A stretch of DNA of 60,966 nucleotides, filler included, from Platydemus manokwari (taxonomy: Eukaryota): NCBI GenBank assembly GCA_037951405.1. It is 6 parts of 6 records of this genome, joined end to end, with 100 filler letters (N's around TTAATTAATTAA, not from the genome) between each part and the next. Parts side by side here need not be neighbours in the genome. Positions count along the whole stretch, not along the records: positions 1 to 11,101 come from JBBMOY010908864.1; positions 11,202 to 22,826 come from JBBMOY010558885.1; 4 more parts are not named here. One strand, given 5' to 3'. The position numbers and the translations under genes are program-made. How positions within the stretch are numbered: the stretch's first letter is position 1; every line of letters starts with the position of its first letter. Under the pieces are notes generated by a model. The model ran no database searches and was not told the DNA's origin. It saw only the letters and a program-made list of their open reading frames with translations. This document shows, one piece after another, positions 1 through 14,200 of the stretch.

Positions 1-1179
1 TGTAAGCGAACTACGGATTAATTTATCTTAAATTAATCAATATATGATTAAAATTTTTCGGTACAACTAATGAGTAAAAAATTCCTATCCTGTAAATATA
101 GGCACACTAAAGATGCTTAACTCGATCCCAGGTATATAAATACTCTTTGTGGTGATTTCAGGTAATCTTGAATCCCAATAGATCTGATAAAACGTGAACA
201 AAATCAATTGAAATGTTTAAAAAAATTCTTTCGCATTGAAAATTGTACATTTAAAATAATAATTGCTATTGGTTTTAACTTGACCACGGATAAATTGCAA
301 ATCAGTCTCCATAAATATTCTTGAATTAATTGAATTCTCCATTGGTGTTTATTGAAAAGTTAAAGTTAAGGTTTTATTGTTTAGTGGAAGATTGTAATTA
401 AAAATCAAAATTGTTTCTTGAAAATATTCAAATCTATTCTATCTAGTTTTGACTGTACATCAAACACTTATAAAGCTAACGAGTAAGAATTATCTTGATT
501 AACATCCCGTGATTACCGATATTTTTTAAATTTTAATTTATTTTATTTCGCAGAATATTATAAAATGAAGATATTTTATTTCATTGACGAGCTATGAGAA
601 TTTGGACTGTAATCATTTACGTTGCACCGAATTTCCGTATTACAATAATAAATCCTGGGACGTAAATGAAAGAAATAGGCTTCGTGTATTGTAGACCAAG
701 GATGTTAAATTTGGTGTGTATGCTCAATGATACATTATAGAGATTATGCAATGAAAGTAAGTCAAACCTAAAATCAATTTTTATCTTTATAAAGGAAAAT
801 ATTTTAAATTGTGAAATAGTCTTGTTGGGGAAAGCAAAAATCAATATTTTCTGAATATCAAAATAAAATTATAAGAACTTTCTCCTCGGACATTCAATGG
901 AAAAGGGACAAAAATCTGGAAGTTGAAGTCAAAAGTGAGTCCCTGCTTACCTATAATATGTAAAAATATAAATAAATACCATAGATTGTATATAGTTTAT
1001 AAACTTTGAATTCACGACAATCCATAAAGGAGAAAAATTTTAAAAGAATTGAAATGAAAATCAAATCAAACTTAATGTAGGTGTAAGCCGTAGATTAAGC
1101 ACGCATTGAAAACGAACTCAAAAATCACGAGACTAAAATATGTGTTTAACAACAATTATTTAAAGGATACTCACAATAG

Positions 1180-1330
1180 CTAAGTGTGTTAGATATCCAC
1201 AAACGCTGAATACATTAAAATGTGATTTTAATTGCTGTGATAGTTTATCTGTTGGTTTAAGGTATTCTATTTACTGGAATAGTCTTCCGACTAGCTTGTT
1301 AGTAAGTTCTCGTCTAGCTCTTTTACCATT
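1180..1330 (+). mobile_element. Possible decayed 3' end of a CR1/L2-like LINE ORF2
   Basis: Frame reads ...YSIYWNSLPTSLLVSS (WNSLP at 1275-1289), a motif typical of CR1/L2 ORF2 C-termini. No RT core is visible. Confidence 0.25.
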
Positions 1331-3899
1331 GATTTATTGCCATTTACCATTTTAGTGTTTGTTGCATGTTGTTGATATACGCCAATTGAAAATCAAATTC
1401 TATTTACGGGTTGGTATTTTGGAGCCATCTGATTGGCTATTTGATATATGGACTCATTGTGTCTGTGAGTATCAACCGTTTCGAGGGTTTTTCTGACGAT
1501 CAAAATGTGCCAACCAAATTGCAGAACATGAATAAATAATTTATAAATAAATTACATTATCACTTCTACTTAATATTATAAAGTAAATATTTATAAATGT
1601 TTTGAATATTTTACAAAAGAATTTACATCAGAAATTCATTAGTTTTATATATCTATGTGTCGATCAATTACTAATTTCTGAAAATAATATTTTATATTCC
1701 AACAGAGTGAGATCAACAGTTAATTGTGGAATACATTAAAATGAATTTCCTTTGTTGACATCCGAATTTTAATCGATCTGTAAACAAGGAATTCTTTTTT
1801 CTATATTTTCTAGAATATACACAATTCTCCCCACAAATTAAAGCATATTTTCAAAGTCCTACGAGTTGCCACATCATCATTGAGAAATTAAATGATAAAT
1901 GTATCATTTTCAAAGATATCGATAATATTCACTAAACAAATATTTAAGAAAGATTTAAGAAGTGTGATGAATACTTTTATGGAAATGAATAAATTGAGTT
2001 TTCTATATGGATATCTAATCAGAGAATTTGATGATAAATTATTTTCCACCCAATGGCCATTTTACATATTCGTTTTCATCTGTAAAAATTACTCTGTGGT
2101 TTCATATCGATATATCGGAAAGACATGGGAACATGTTATTATTATAAACATGTCTTATATAGAAGATCTTAAAATATATTACTTGATCCGAATGCATGTA
2201 GCCATACATAAATATTATTCTGCACTGTAGTGCAAACATGTGCTATCTATCACTTTTGTTGAATAATGCTGTTCCTGTGTTGTTAGTAAATTCAACAGTG
2301 TGAGCTCTTGATAAATGTTTTATTAATTTTTGTAATGCAATCCCTATTAGTTTGATAATATAAACACAAATTATTTTTAAAACTGAATTAATTAGAATAA
2401 TTAATTACACTCAAAGATTAAGCTACATCGAAATTTAAAACAATACCAACAGTGATCTTGCTGAGACTGCAAGAACTTAATTGAATCCTTAGAAATTTTA
2501 ATTCATAGAATTTAAATAGAATATTATATTTTCAAAAGGCACAGAACCCTTTGTCGTTTTATTAAATTAATTAAATGTAACCAAAAATTTCTTTACCAAT
2601 TCAGACGTCGATTAGTTCAATTTAACTTTGAAAGCTGATTTTTTCAATGGTAACTACAAAAGCACAAAGTCTACTCAAAATTTTATGTCAATTTGACAAT
2701 GGAGATCAATTGCTGTTATCGCAGACTTAAAAAATTAATCGACTTTGGGAACTTTGTTAACGGTGATTGTTTAAAAGTTTGTTATTTTTTGTACTTTGTG
2801 CCCTTAATCATTTTGTTTTTGTTATTAAATTCCCGCTATCACATCTAATTATTTTATCGATTTTATTTGCTATCAACTATTTTATAAATCATAAATACTT
2901 CGATCATAATCATAAACTTCGATAATCAAATTTTGAGCAATAATAATTCAATAAAATCATTAATAAATACCAAATATTATAATTTTTGTGCAAAGATAAA
3001 AAATAATCAAATAAATGTCAGAATAAATATTTAATAAATATCAAAAGCATTCAGCTTTGGACTGGGATTTGGAATTCGTATTTTTTTCATTATTAGAATT
3101 TTGTTTCTTCACTCTTCATCCGTTCCTCTCTATTTTTCTTCAACTCCATCCAGCTTTGTTTTAGACTACTCCATTGTTGTCAAGTGTTGCGACCCCTAAC
3201 TTCTTTGTAATTCGATATTTATTTGTTTGCTCATATTTGTTCGATGATGTGGCTTATTCTGTTTCAGCATTTTCCCTCTTTCGATGTTCTTATAAGATTT
3301 CTGTTGTTGGGTGGGTCACAAAAACAACCAAAATGTTCACGTAAATCATGGAAATAACCCTCAAACGATTGATAAATACAGGTTCGATAAGCCCGCTTGT
3401 CAAATTATGTCCTTTTATGAATTCATATTTAAAATACCAACCAATAGCAACAAACTCCGATATTTGCCAATGACACGAGAAATGTAAGAGCTTACATGTC
3501 GACGTACGAACGGATTTATCAGATGAAAAGTGAAGTTCTGAGACATCAAGTGAACATACAATAAGCTTATAAAAATAGTTAAATTTCAAGAGCATCTACC
3601 AGTCTTTTCGGTTAGTGACTTCTATTCTCTGTGATTTTTACGTGAATATTGTCCTCTGTTTTATTGTTTAACTTTCGGATGCTAATCCTACCTTGTGTGA
3701 TCTTCTATCGTTGATTTAATGTGATATCAATTTTGATTGATGACGAATAGAGTTTTGTAATTCATTGTAATTTATAATTACAATTTTCAATATTCAGCGT
3801 CAATTAATATTCTAACATTGTCATGGGCATTTACTCATCTTCAATTTAACAATCTAAGCACATTACCAGTTTGCCCATTGTCAGTTCCACTGATGCCCC

Positions 3900-4059
3900 T
3901 ATGTTTTTGTTTCTTACCACTCTTCAACACTTTGATAGACAATTAATTACGGTCATTTTAATGAAAAATATGTAATAAAATCATACATTATTTTTCATTA
4001 AAATGACCGTAATTAAATGACTATCAAAGTGTTGAAGAGAGGTAAGAAACAAAAACATA
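3900..4059. repeat. Near-perfect inverted repeat (75/76-bp arms, 9-nt loop)
   Basis: 3900-3974 pairs with 3984-4059 with 3 mismatches and one 1-nt indel. Loop is ATAAAATCA; the element begins and ends with TA. Confidence 0.95.
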
Positions 4060-7000
4060 TAATTGTAACATATATGAAAATCAGTTTGAAAAATATTTAT
4101 GCCATGTTATTTTCAATATGGTTTCAAGTTTTGTTAACCAGTGACAAGTTTTTTTAGTCCACGTGACACAATGATTCATAAAAACTGTGTTTATACTATA
4201 TATCATTTTTCTATATGATTGCTGATGTCTTGATCTAGGACTTGAGGAAAATATATTTCTGTTCCTTTCGAATCATGATTTCTTTAAATGCACTTTAAAT
4301 ATCAATTAAATTGATTGTTATGTCTTGCTACTTAAGCCTTGTTGAACAAACAATTATTTATTGTTATTATTTATTTTGCATATTTTATCAATTCATTTAT
4401 TCCTCAATATTCTATCGATATACAAAAATAACGTCTCTCATTTTATATGCATAAATGTGCTTTAAAACCATTATAGATTCTCACACTGAATATTGAATAA
4501 ATGTAAAATAAACTCGTTATTTAAATGTAATTTGAATATAAAATGTTAACAAGAACCACGGGTGGAATTGGACAAAATATATCATGTCAGCCATCGAGTC
4601 ATATCGATAAATAAAGGTGAACTATAAAATGGTAATATGTATCGGTTAGAAAATGTCGGTTATCCGTATCCATATAGAGACATAATATCTGAAAAACAAA
4701 GTTTATATAATTGTGAAATATATCAAGTTAAAATATACCCTTTTAATATTCAAAGATATATTAAAGATAATTATAATCGAAAAGAAACAAGACTATTTTT
4801 ATATAGGAATAATTGAAACTAAATTGTTTATTTTCTTCATTTTTATATTAAAGCTAAATCAGAACGATTATTGTAGGGAGAAGCTTTTTAAATTATCAAA
4901 GATGTTATGTAACAAATAGAGAATTTTATTTTTAATTTTTTCTGATCAATTTATTCTCGAATTTCTCGGATTTATAAATCACTAATTTGCCACAGCATTT
5001 TTCTAACAAAAAATGATTGTCATTACTACAACTAATGAAAAATATTTTTGGCAATAGTTATAATAACAATTGCAATTGTGGTAATTAATAAAAATAAAGA
5101 ATAATTGATAATAATAATTATTATTATTATTATTCAAAAATATAGTTTTTTCGTAGAACACCTGATTTTTAAGCACTTAAGAACAAAATAAAGGGTTAAA
5201 GCCAATATACTTACAGTTGAGCGGCAAACCAAGAAAGGCTAACAACCAGAAAGGTCATAAATGGAATAATACAGAAAAAATGACAACGATAAATAACAAA
5301 TATTTTAAATACTATGATATTAAAAACATTCAGAAGAATACAATCAAACTAAGACAGCCTCAGGGAATGAACATAAAGTATTTAACAACTCATCTCAGAG
5401 TAAATATTAATTCCAAAACCACATTTCTTGAGAGAATTTTATTTATGACTTACAAAGAGAAAAATTAATCACACTTATCATATAAAAGATTTTGCAGGCC
5501 AGCAGTAGTGGGGGCCAATATAATTTTGAAGTAATTCTTCAAGTTAGCAGTACTGTGTTTGTTGAAAGAAAATTTGTGACTATTTCAGGTCATCAGAAAT
5601 TTCTTCGAAAGAAAACAATAGGAATTATAATGAAGCTTCTGCTATAGTAATTATTGCCATATATACAGCATTGAAAGAAAGTAGAAGCTAGAAATATACT
5701 TATGTCGGGTAACAGATGAATACTTAAAGATGTCTAAACACCATGAAATGATAATGAGTCATGAACAAAATCAGGTGTAAAGAAGCACAATTATAGATAA
5801 TGTATCATCATAACCACGAGTACTGCCGCTCAGCCTATAACGACACAGCATCATGTGCAGAACTATTAAGGTCATTAAAGAAATCCATCAACAATCACCA
5901 ATATTTATCAATGGGAAAAGAACTATCTAAGAATCTTTTCAAAAATAACTTATAGTTATGCGTCGGATCAAGAACGGCCAACATCCAGAAATGTCATAAA
6001 TTGAATAGAAATAATGGCCTTAGTCTATAACATAGAAAAAGTGACAATGATAAATAACAAATATTAAAAAGGGCTGAGAAGAAAAGAAAAATACCTGAAG
6101 TAAGAATAACTAGGGCGTTGAATTGGATATCTGAAGTCAATATAATAAAAATAGAATCAAGTCTCGAAAACAAATCGTCGAATTCCTTTAAATACCCACA
6201 AATTAATCAACTGCAATCCTATTCTATTTATGATTTGATCCATTGTTATAAATATTTATCATCTTTCTTTAAACATTGATTTGATCCTAAAAACATGTAT
6301 AACTCTACTTTATGATTCCTCTTTGAAACATTGATGATTTGTAATTATAGATTTATGATTTAAAAATTTTGATTATATTTTTAGTACAAAATAATTGTAA
6401 AAATAAATGTATAAAATGCTAATAACAAAAATAGGTTATTTATATAAATTTAATTATTTAAAAGCAATGTAGAATTTAAAAAAATTATAAGAATTAAATT
6501 TATAATGCCAACTAATTTGAATAAAATTTAACTTATACCGATATATGTAATGTACTCTTAATAATAAAGTTTAGAATAAGGTCTAAAGTAATAAAACGTT
6601 AAAAGTTTTGTAAGAGTGGTGATAAAAATACAGGTAAAAGTACCTGGCATGAGCAAATATACAAGCTGATGAAAAAATCTTCGAAATTTAAATATTTGGT
6701 AAATTAATATTTATTTAACAAAACCGATAACTAATTAGCCAAAACGATCGTTCCGTTTTGGATCCCAAATAAACTATATTGACAAACTCAATATTTGTAC
6801 AATCATTAAGGAGTATAGTGCGTTCTTGGGTTTCCGTCAAGACAACCACACCGATTTGTTTAAAATTGATAAAGTGTGAGTTAAGTTTGTATGGAAGTTA
6901 TTGTACCTTTAATAATTGATTAAAATCAATAATTATTAACTGAGTTGTGTATAATAATTTGATGTATCAAAATATAATTATTTGTTAAATATATAAAGGA

Positions 7001-9002
7001 ATTGACACTGTTGAGTTGTAATAACATTCACAAAACAAGACTCAGCGCAATCTTAGACACTGAATCCTGCAGATCGCGGACAAGCAAGTGCTCGAGACTT
7101 TGATATAAAAAAATGACCAACTCATCTAATTTGAAATTACCTAGATTTGATATGTAGACCCATCGTATTGATAGATGCTACAGGAACGGCATTAAATTTG
7201 TCAGGAATATACCCATGCAGGCTGCAAGCATTATAATATAATATACATAATAATAATTGCAAATAAACCCACATTAATTAAAATGTAGGCGTGTGGTCGA
7301 AAATATATTAATAATTGCAATAAATTTGTTGAAAAATGATTATTAATCCACGTTGCAATGGTATTAATAAGCATAGTCATAGGAATTCAAATATAAATTC
7401 AAATTGGGATGACAACGGTTGATATTGCCAAGGGAATTAGCAAATTAAATATAATATTAATCATGCGCCCATATCCCAAATCACTATAAAAACTGAAGTA
7501 AAATTCAGTATTTTCGCCACAAAACCGAACTAATCTGACAGGATCATATATTCGAGTTTCAAGGCGACTGTAATATCTATTCAACGTTCAACAATTATTA
7601 TATATTCGAGTTTCAATGAGTTCCAGAATCACTCCAGATTTTATTCAGCGTTCAACAACTCACTTTGATCTATCTTTATTCAGCAAAGTATCTATTCACA
7701 AATAGTAAACTTAATTTTTTCTATTAAACAACTGATATCATTCTCCGACAGAAGATTTGTTGTCGGCCACTAACAACTCGCAAAGTCGTAACTGAATTTG
7801 TGAGCATTAAAATCATATTTCTTTAGTTTTCAAATCGCAATGGAGCGCCCCTTAGTTCCTTCCGGCGGTTTTTCATTACTGATAAAACTCTTCAGGGCAC
7901 GACAAGCTTATCTTTCTAAAATCTATTATAATGCACATTTGCTAGTTGTCATTATAATAAAGTATTTTATCATATTTATTCTAAAATTCATAATTATTCT
8001 AAATATTTATATTATATGCACGCAACCTATTAATATGTGAAGTTTCAGATATTGGTGGAAACATCAATCTCTAACTCACGGTTTTATATCTAATAACATA
8101 GTAAATTATCGATTGAAAAATCGTTGATTTATTATTAAGTTACCACCAAATAACCCAACCCAACATGTTTCCATCAAATTCCATGCAATGGCAATAAGGC
8201 GAAGAGGAAAAACACATGTAATTGCATGAACTAGTAGAACACTAAATATAGTCTTATAAACTATTCTAACATTTTTTAATGAGCCCAAATTTGGAACACC
8301 AAGGTAACAGATCTTAGAACGAACAAAAATCAAGAAAAGCCTTATGAAATTCTAGTAAACCATATTTCAGTACAAAAGATCTTTATTAGAGTCGTTGAAT
8401 GGAGTGTTTCAGCAGATTTTGCAAGATGCCAGAAATTGTAATTTGAGCAATGTAGTGGTTATTACTTCGAATTTTGATTATTTTATGAATTTGGGCGGAA
8501 CTATTGATTACGCAAAGATTACTCTTATATTTAAATTCAGTGATGTAATCAAGTGCGCCTAGAAATTGTGCAATGAAATACGAAAACCTTAAAATGAGAA
8601 AATTTATATACCACCTTCAGTTTAACAAACTCTCAGCCCGAAATCTCCAAACAATAATCTATTAAATCATTTGTAAATTGCTGACGAACTTCAGTTAACG
8701 TCTCACCTTAAAAGCAAAAATAAGTTACATGTAAATGTATACAAATTGGTCATTATCCAAACAACTGTAGAAATTAGAGAGTTTCTGATAAATCTCAAAC
8801 AATGGAAATATCAAAATTAATCGGAAAACGAATCACCTAATTAAGAATTTTGAACTTGCTTTGAATGCGGTGACAGAGATCACATTTGTGGAGATTCCGT
8901 ATCTCATGGATTGAGCGATTTGCTAATGGACAATCTGACTCCAAGGATTGTGGATGCTAGCACTCGTATTACTCTTGCGGCAAAACAAAACGACAAATAG
9001 AA

Positions 9003-9280
9003 TGTAAAATATTTATTGATATAATACAGTATTACAAGCTTATTAACTACACAGTACGATAAGGGTTGCTAGAAGATAAGACTCGGTTCCTATCCCTGAA
9101 GAGAGTGGGTATTGTCGGTACCGCCTAATAGCTCGGACACAGACCCGGACCCGGTTGAAGATTGATTGTTAAACTGTTAATTTTCAACAAGATATTGATT
9201 TTTAGACTGTTATTTTTCAATAAGATTAAGTAGGTTTTTGAAATTTAATATTTCATTAATTATATTTACTTATTTCTACA
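9003..9280 (-). mobile_element. Candidate solo LTR
   Basis: 278-nt block with a GC-richer core. On the minus strand it reads TGTAGAAAT...AATAAA...TTTTACA (TG...CA termini, poly(A) signal near the 3' end). No clear target-site duplication. Confidence 0.3.
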
Positions 9281-9782
9281 ATACATTCTAATGATTCTAA
9301 TGAATCCCTAACAATTCCGTATGAGTGCACATAATATTTTTAAAAATATTGTTAGAATAAGTTTATATTGATAAAACATGCCTTTAGTGAAACATAACAA
9401 TAAACCTTAGATAACTGAACTGATAATGTTTGATATTCAGTTACAATTATTTCATTATAAAGCTATAGTTACGCGAAATTATCATCCAGCTTATCTTTTC
9501 AATGTTACTTCGTTTTCATGTTTTTCATAAAAATATTCCAGTTCTGTATTGAATTTTACTTTTGCAAATACAACATGTGATGGTTTTAGCTATATGTGGT
9601 AGAGTATTTACAAAATATGTTGCTATAAGTTGTGTCTGCTTAGCAACATAATTTATTGAGACATGTTTTACGTTTTAGCTAACTATAAAAAGTTCATATC
9701 AAATATACTATTAGCTAGTGACTATCATTGGATGAAATAATCTTTATCATTAAAATAAAATTCGGTTTTTATCATTTTGAAA

Positions 9783-10528
9783 ATGATATTTTATTTTTTA
9801 TTGCTACTCAATTCTGATCAATTGGAAGGAAAAGAGTGCCCAATTAATTATACCTCCTGTGGTGCACTTTGTATTCATTATGAAGTTCCACAGCAATCAT
9901 TTTGTAAAGCCGCTGAAAAATGTTCTTTACTAAATGGAAGATTGCCAATGCATAAGGAAATTCAATTAATCTGGTCATGTTTAAAGAGTGTGACTAGATT
10001 TGTCACAGGAATGACGGATTTGTTCAATGAACGATATAGAGACGGAAATCAATGGCTTAATACGGATGGTTCATTAACTGGAAGAATAAATTATTGGGAA
10101 CCCGGAGAACCAACTAGTTATAGACAAATGGAAGATTGCACGTATTATTTTAAAAGAGGTCTTGCTGATTCAACTTGCAGATTTCGAAGTGACGTTGTGT
10201 GTGTTAGTTATAATTTTATGAAGATTAATTCAAAAATTTTCAAAATTGATACCAAGAAAATCTTTAATAATGATGTGGAAATTGGATGTTATAAAGAAAT
10301 CAATTCGAAAAGTAAATTGCATTGTGGAACACAGTAGTCGATATATTCAGCTGTTAAATTATATTGATTCTTTATTGTAGATGTCTTGAAGACGATAATT
10401 GCAAATCATTCTACTACAATAATGGTCAAAAACGATGTGTATTGGTTCTTCACACTACCAGCACTCTCCCGAAGAATTGGAACTATGGTAAACACGAATG
10501 GGAAGGATATCATACTAATATAGGATAG
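9783..10528 (+). CDS. Secreted C-type lectin domain + PAN/Apple domain protein; exons 9783-10333 and 10381-10528
   Basis: Hydrophobic N-terminus and CTLD motifs (C...AAEKC...GRL, QWLNTDGS, YWEPGEP, EDC, D..C...VVC). A 47-nt GT-AG intron (10334-10380) restores frame to give HCGTQCLEDDNCKSFYYNNGQKRCVL, the PAN/Apple C-x3-C-x5-C..F.Y...C pattern. AATAAA at ~10560. Confidence 0.88.
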
Positions 10529-11101
10529 ATTGGATGACATATAATTCTTTAATATAGTGAATAAACATTTATTTTAATCCTGTTATAAACAAATATAACT
10601 TTCTGCATGCCATAGTTTTTTCATTGTTAATCCCTAAATTATTTATAAAAAATATAATTTTTAACTACAAATTTTAATTTTAGAAATTGGCAAAATCTCA
10701 TGACTAATTTTGATGATTCTTGTTCAAATACAATATGTAAATGATCATGAAGATAAAATTATTTGACATATTATAATATCGATGATATAATTGAAAATTT
10801 TGTGGATTTTTTTCCATTTTTAACAATTTAAAAGAGATGATTGATACAGTTTCTGAATCTATTAATGTCAACTCGCAGTCATTAAACTTTATATTGATTA
10901 AAAATTTACTCTGATGTGCTTCATAAAACATATTTATTGAGTAGAGTACTTTTATTTGTAAATAATTAATTCTTCTTTCGCTTATAATTGTTCTGACTTA
11001 TATGGTTCTGTTGAATATAAATGACAAAACAATTGTAAATGATTTATTAATCACAAATATACAAATTTACCTCCAAACAATCTAATAAAATGTTCAACAT
11101 A

Positions 11102-11201
11102 NNNNNNNNNNNNNNNNNNNNNNNNNNNNNNNNNNNNNNNNNNNNTTAATTAATTAANNNNNNNNNNNNNNNNNNNNNNNNNNNNNNNNNNNNNNNNNNN
11201 N
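11102..11201. other. Artificial contig spacer (44 N + TTAATTAATTAA + 44 N)
   Basis: Identical 100-nt construct occurs five times. TTAATTAATTAA places stop codons in all six frames. Confidence 0.98.
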
Positions 11202-14200
11202 TATTTATTTTTAGCACTATTCGCCTACGCCATATAAATTCCATGGCAACGAGCCTTGTCCAATCCTACGGTCTTATCCGAAATCTGAAAACTGAAATAG
11301 ATAAATGATAAATATTATAGATCAATCAAATAATGGTCAGATAGAAAATCATGCAATATGCACCTGTACATACTGTATACACCAATAATCACAAAAATCG
11401 AATCAATGTTTTTATCAGATACCCAACAGTAACGTACTTATTATAAAATATATTAAATTACCTAGGATGCGAAAAATCATGGGACCTTATTGATAATAAA
11501 AGTTAGTATTTTAATTTATTTTATTTGTGTAAAAAAATTATTCGTTTTAAATCACTAACCGTAAAATAATAATTTAATAATATGTCATGTTTGATTCTTT
11601 GTTATTTAACATGTGAAAGAAAAGCTAAAATCGAAGTCTATTATATATAAGGATAAAAGGTAGAGTCTAAATATACGAATAAAAAATAACTTTATGAATG
11701 ACAAAATTAGAAAATTGCATTAGAAACTATATAGCATATGAAAAATAGTTTAATATAAAGAAAATAATAAATAATAAAAAACAATGTTAAAATAATAATG
11801 AGCATATCAAACAATTACGATTCAATTTAATTTAATTATCAATTATCGAAAATGCAAAGTCAACGCTCAAACATAACTATAAAATTAGAAAATCAATTTG
11901 TGAGATTCAGTCAAAAAACTTTATAATTTATTACGGTCCTTCTAGAAACAGTAACAAAGAAAAATAAAATTATACCGCTTAATATTAAGATCTTTTTTAT
12001 TTAACAAAAATATTAAATTGTAATTAGTGGAAGAATTATTCGTTAAAACAATGTATCTGGATATGTTAGTATGACGATCGTAATACGAAAATATCGAAAG
12101 ATGTGTGATATATATTTGCGTTGAGCAATGAATGTTACAATAAACTCTTAATATGACATCTGTTTTAAAATTTGATAATAATTTTTGAAGTTCATTATTT
12201 TTCGTCTTGATTACACAATAATAATCATCAGTTTTGGAAACTAGTCTTTTTCACTGTGGTTTAGATTTTATGTTTCGTGACTTCATTGAGAATGTAGTAT
12301 TATTAAATAAAAGGTTAATTTGAAAGGTTTTGATTTTGCTGTTTGGTTCGAAGGGGCTTCAGTAACCGGTACTGGAATAATTAATTATTCTTCTAAAGGT
12401 CGCAACAGCAGAACTGGTATTGTCGCTTGCCCTGAATAAAAGTAGAAGTCGATTACTAATTGGGCTTGTACAATTTACGTCAAAATTATGACAATTACAC
12501 TCCTGGTGATCTACCCACAATATTAATTTTAATAACGATAGTTGCTGACACTCGGTACAAGATTTATTTAGAAATAAACAAAATCCAATAGTTAATTATG
12601 AGTTAATACTTTATGAGTTTACTTTGCCTCAGCAATTAACCGACGAATCTGTGAGACGGATGAAGCAGATGTTAATAACTTGGAAGAATGATTTATAGAC
12701 AACAAAATAGGTATGCTCAAATGATGTAATTAATAACTTTTGTGGTAAAATGATATTTACTAAATAAACAATGACCAAATCCTTACTTAAGTAAATCCCT
12801 ACTAGCAAATTTTCTCCTACAGTCGAGATTCCTATGATAATTTCGAATGATGGTTTAGCCGAACGTTTATTCGGTTGTCGTCTTAATGTATGTTCACTGA
12901 AGGTTGGTTCTGTTTTTATTATATACATTTCTATGCTAGAACTGCGAAGTGGTCAGATATCGCTTATTCACAACTCAGTGAAGATGTTGTTTTTGGTTAG
13001 TGTTCTGTTTTCGGATGCAGTATTTATACTAAGTCTGGCTTCCGTTGTGATAAATGATTAATTTTCTCGCTTATTGATTTTATTTATTTGTTTATGACTG
13101 TATTTTCTCAGTCATTTTATTCGGATTTTATTTTATAGTTTTTCATTATTTTCTCATGTTTCTTAAAACCCTATTTTTTTCACACCCTAATTTATTAATT
13201 TTATAATTTATTATTATTACTTTTCTGATACTGCATTTTAACTTATTTCTTCTTTATTATCGTTTCTCAATATTTTTATTCTTTTATTAATAATTATGAT
13301 TATTAATTGTTAACTAAGTTTGTTATTTATTAATTATTGCCGATAAATCACTTCCACTCTGCTTTTTACAAACGATGTAAATAAGACTTAAAATATAATA
13401 ATAATAATTTAGGCACATCGAATACAATAGTTACTAAATATTCCACTGTAATATATCAGTAACATATCAATAACACGTTGAATTTAGCAGTTAGATATTG
13501 CAATGTAATATGTCAGCTACACTTTGAGTTCATCAGATATTGCCCACTAGTTTTCCTCTTGACGGCAATTTGACTCAAGTAGACTTCCTTTCGTCTATAA
13601 TCAAGGTTTTTATATTTTTTTGTTCTGAAGTGGGGTGTTATTTATTGTAAAGTATCTTCTAATGCTTGTGTAGGGTTAATAAAATGGGATATTTATTGTA
13701 TGTATTCGAAGCCTTATGCTGCTCTCGAAATCTGGGATTCTATACATTGGGTCATGATTATATATAAATAGCAATTTTGAATTTCGAGGCGTTATGCTGC
13801 TTTTTGAGTCTTGTATTATGTGCATTGGATCGTATTAACAGATAGGTGTTATTATTTATGAACTTGTTGTGGTTGGGGTGTTAATAATTTTAACTGGTCC
13901 ACTTCAATTTAATACGAAATTCTATTAGTTTGTTTAATTTCACTTTCTATGATTGTAGTTATCGTGATTGTTGTGGCGGCCAGTTCTGTTTTCAACTCTG
14001 TATTTATACCTCGCTGTGCCGGCCTCCGCCTTCTATTTTTGGTTAACTTGTTACCGTCAACAATTTGATTTGCATTTACCGACATTCCTCGAATATTTGT
14101 TCAAATTACAATGCGCTTTTGTTAATAAATTTTATTATTTATTTGTTATTTATTTATTATTGCTTATTAGATATCCGTTTTTATTCTTTATAAATAATTA

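Noticed and set aside
3250-3640. THAP-like words on the minus strand (W...VCSL...ELHF)
   Set aside because: The N-terminal CxxxxC and the AVP motif are not found, and the spacing is wrong.
11146-11157. TTAATTAATTAA recurring five times
   Set aside because: Always centred in N runs; it is an assembly linker.
11223-11266. Similarity to the 5' end of 5S rRNA (GCCTACG-CCATA...CTTGTCCAATC)
   Set aside because: Only ~44 nt with a poorly matching middle and no internal control region; compatible with chance.
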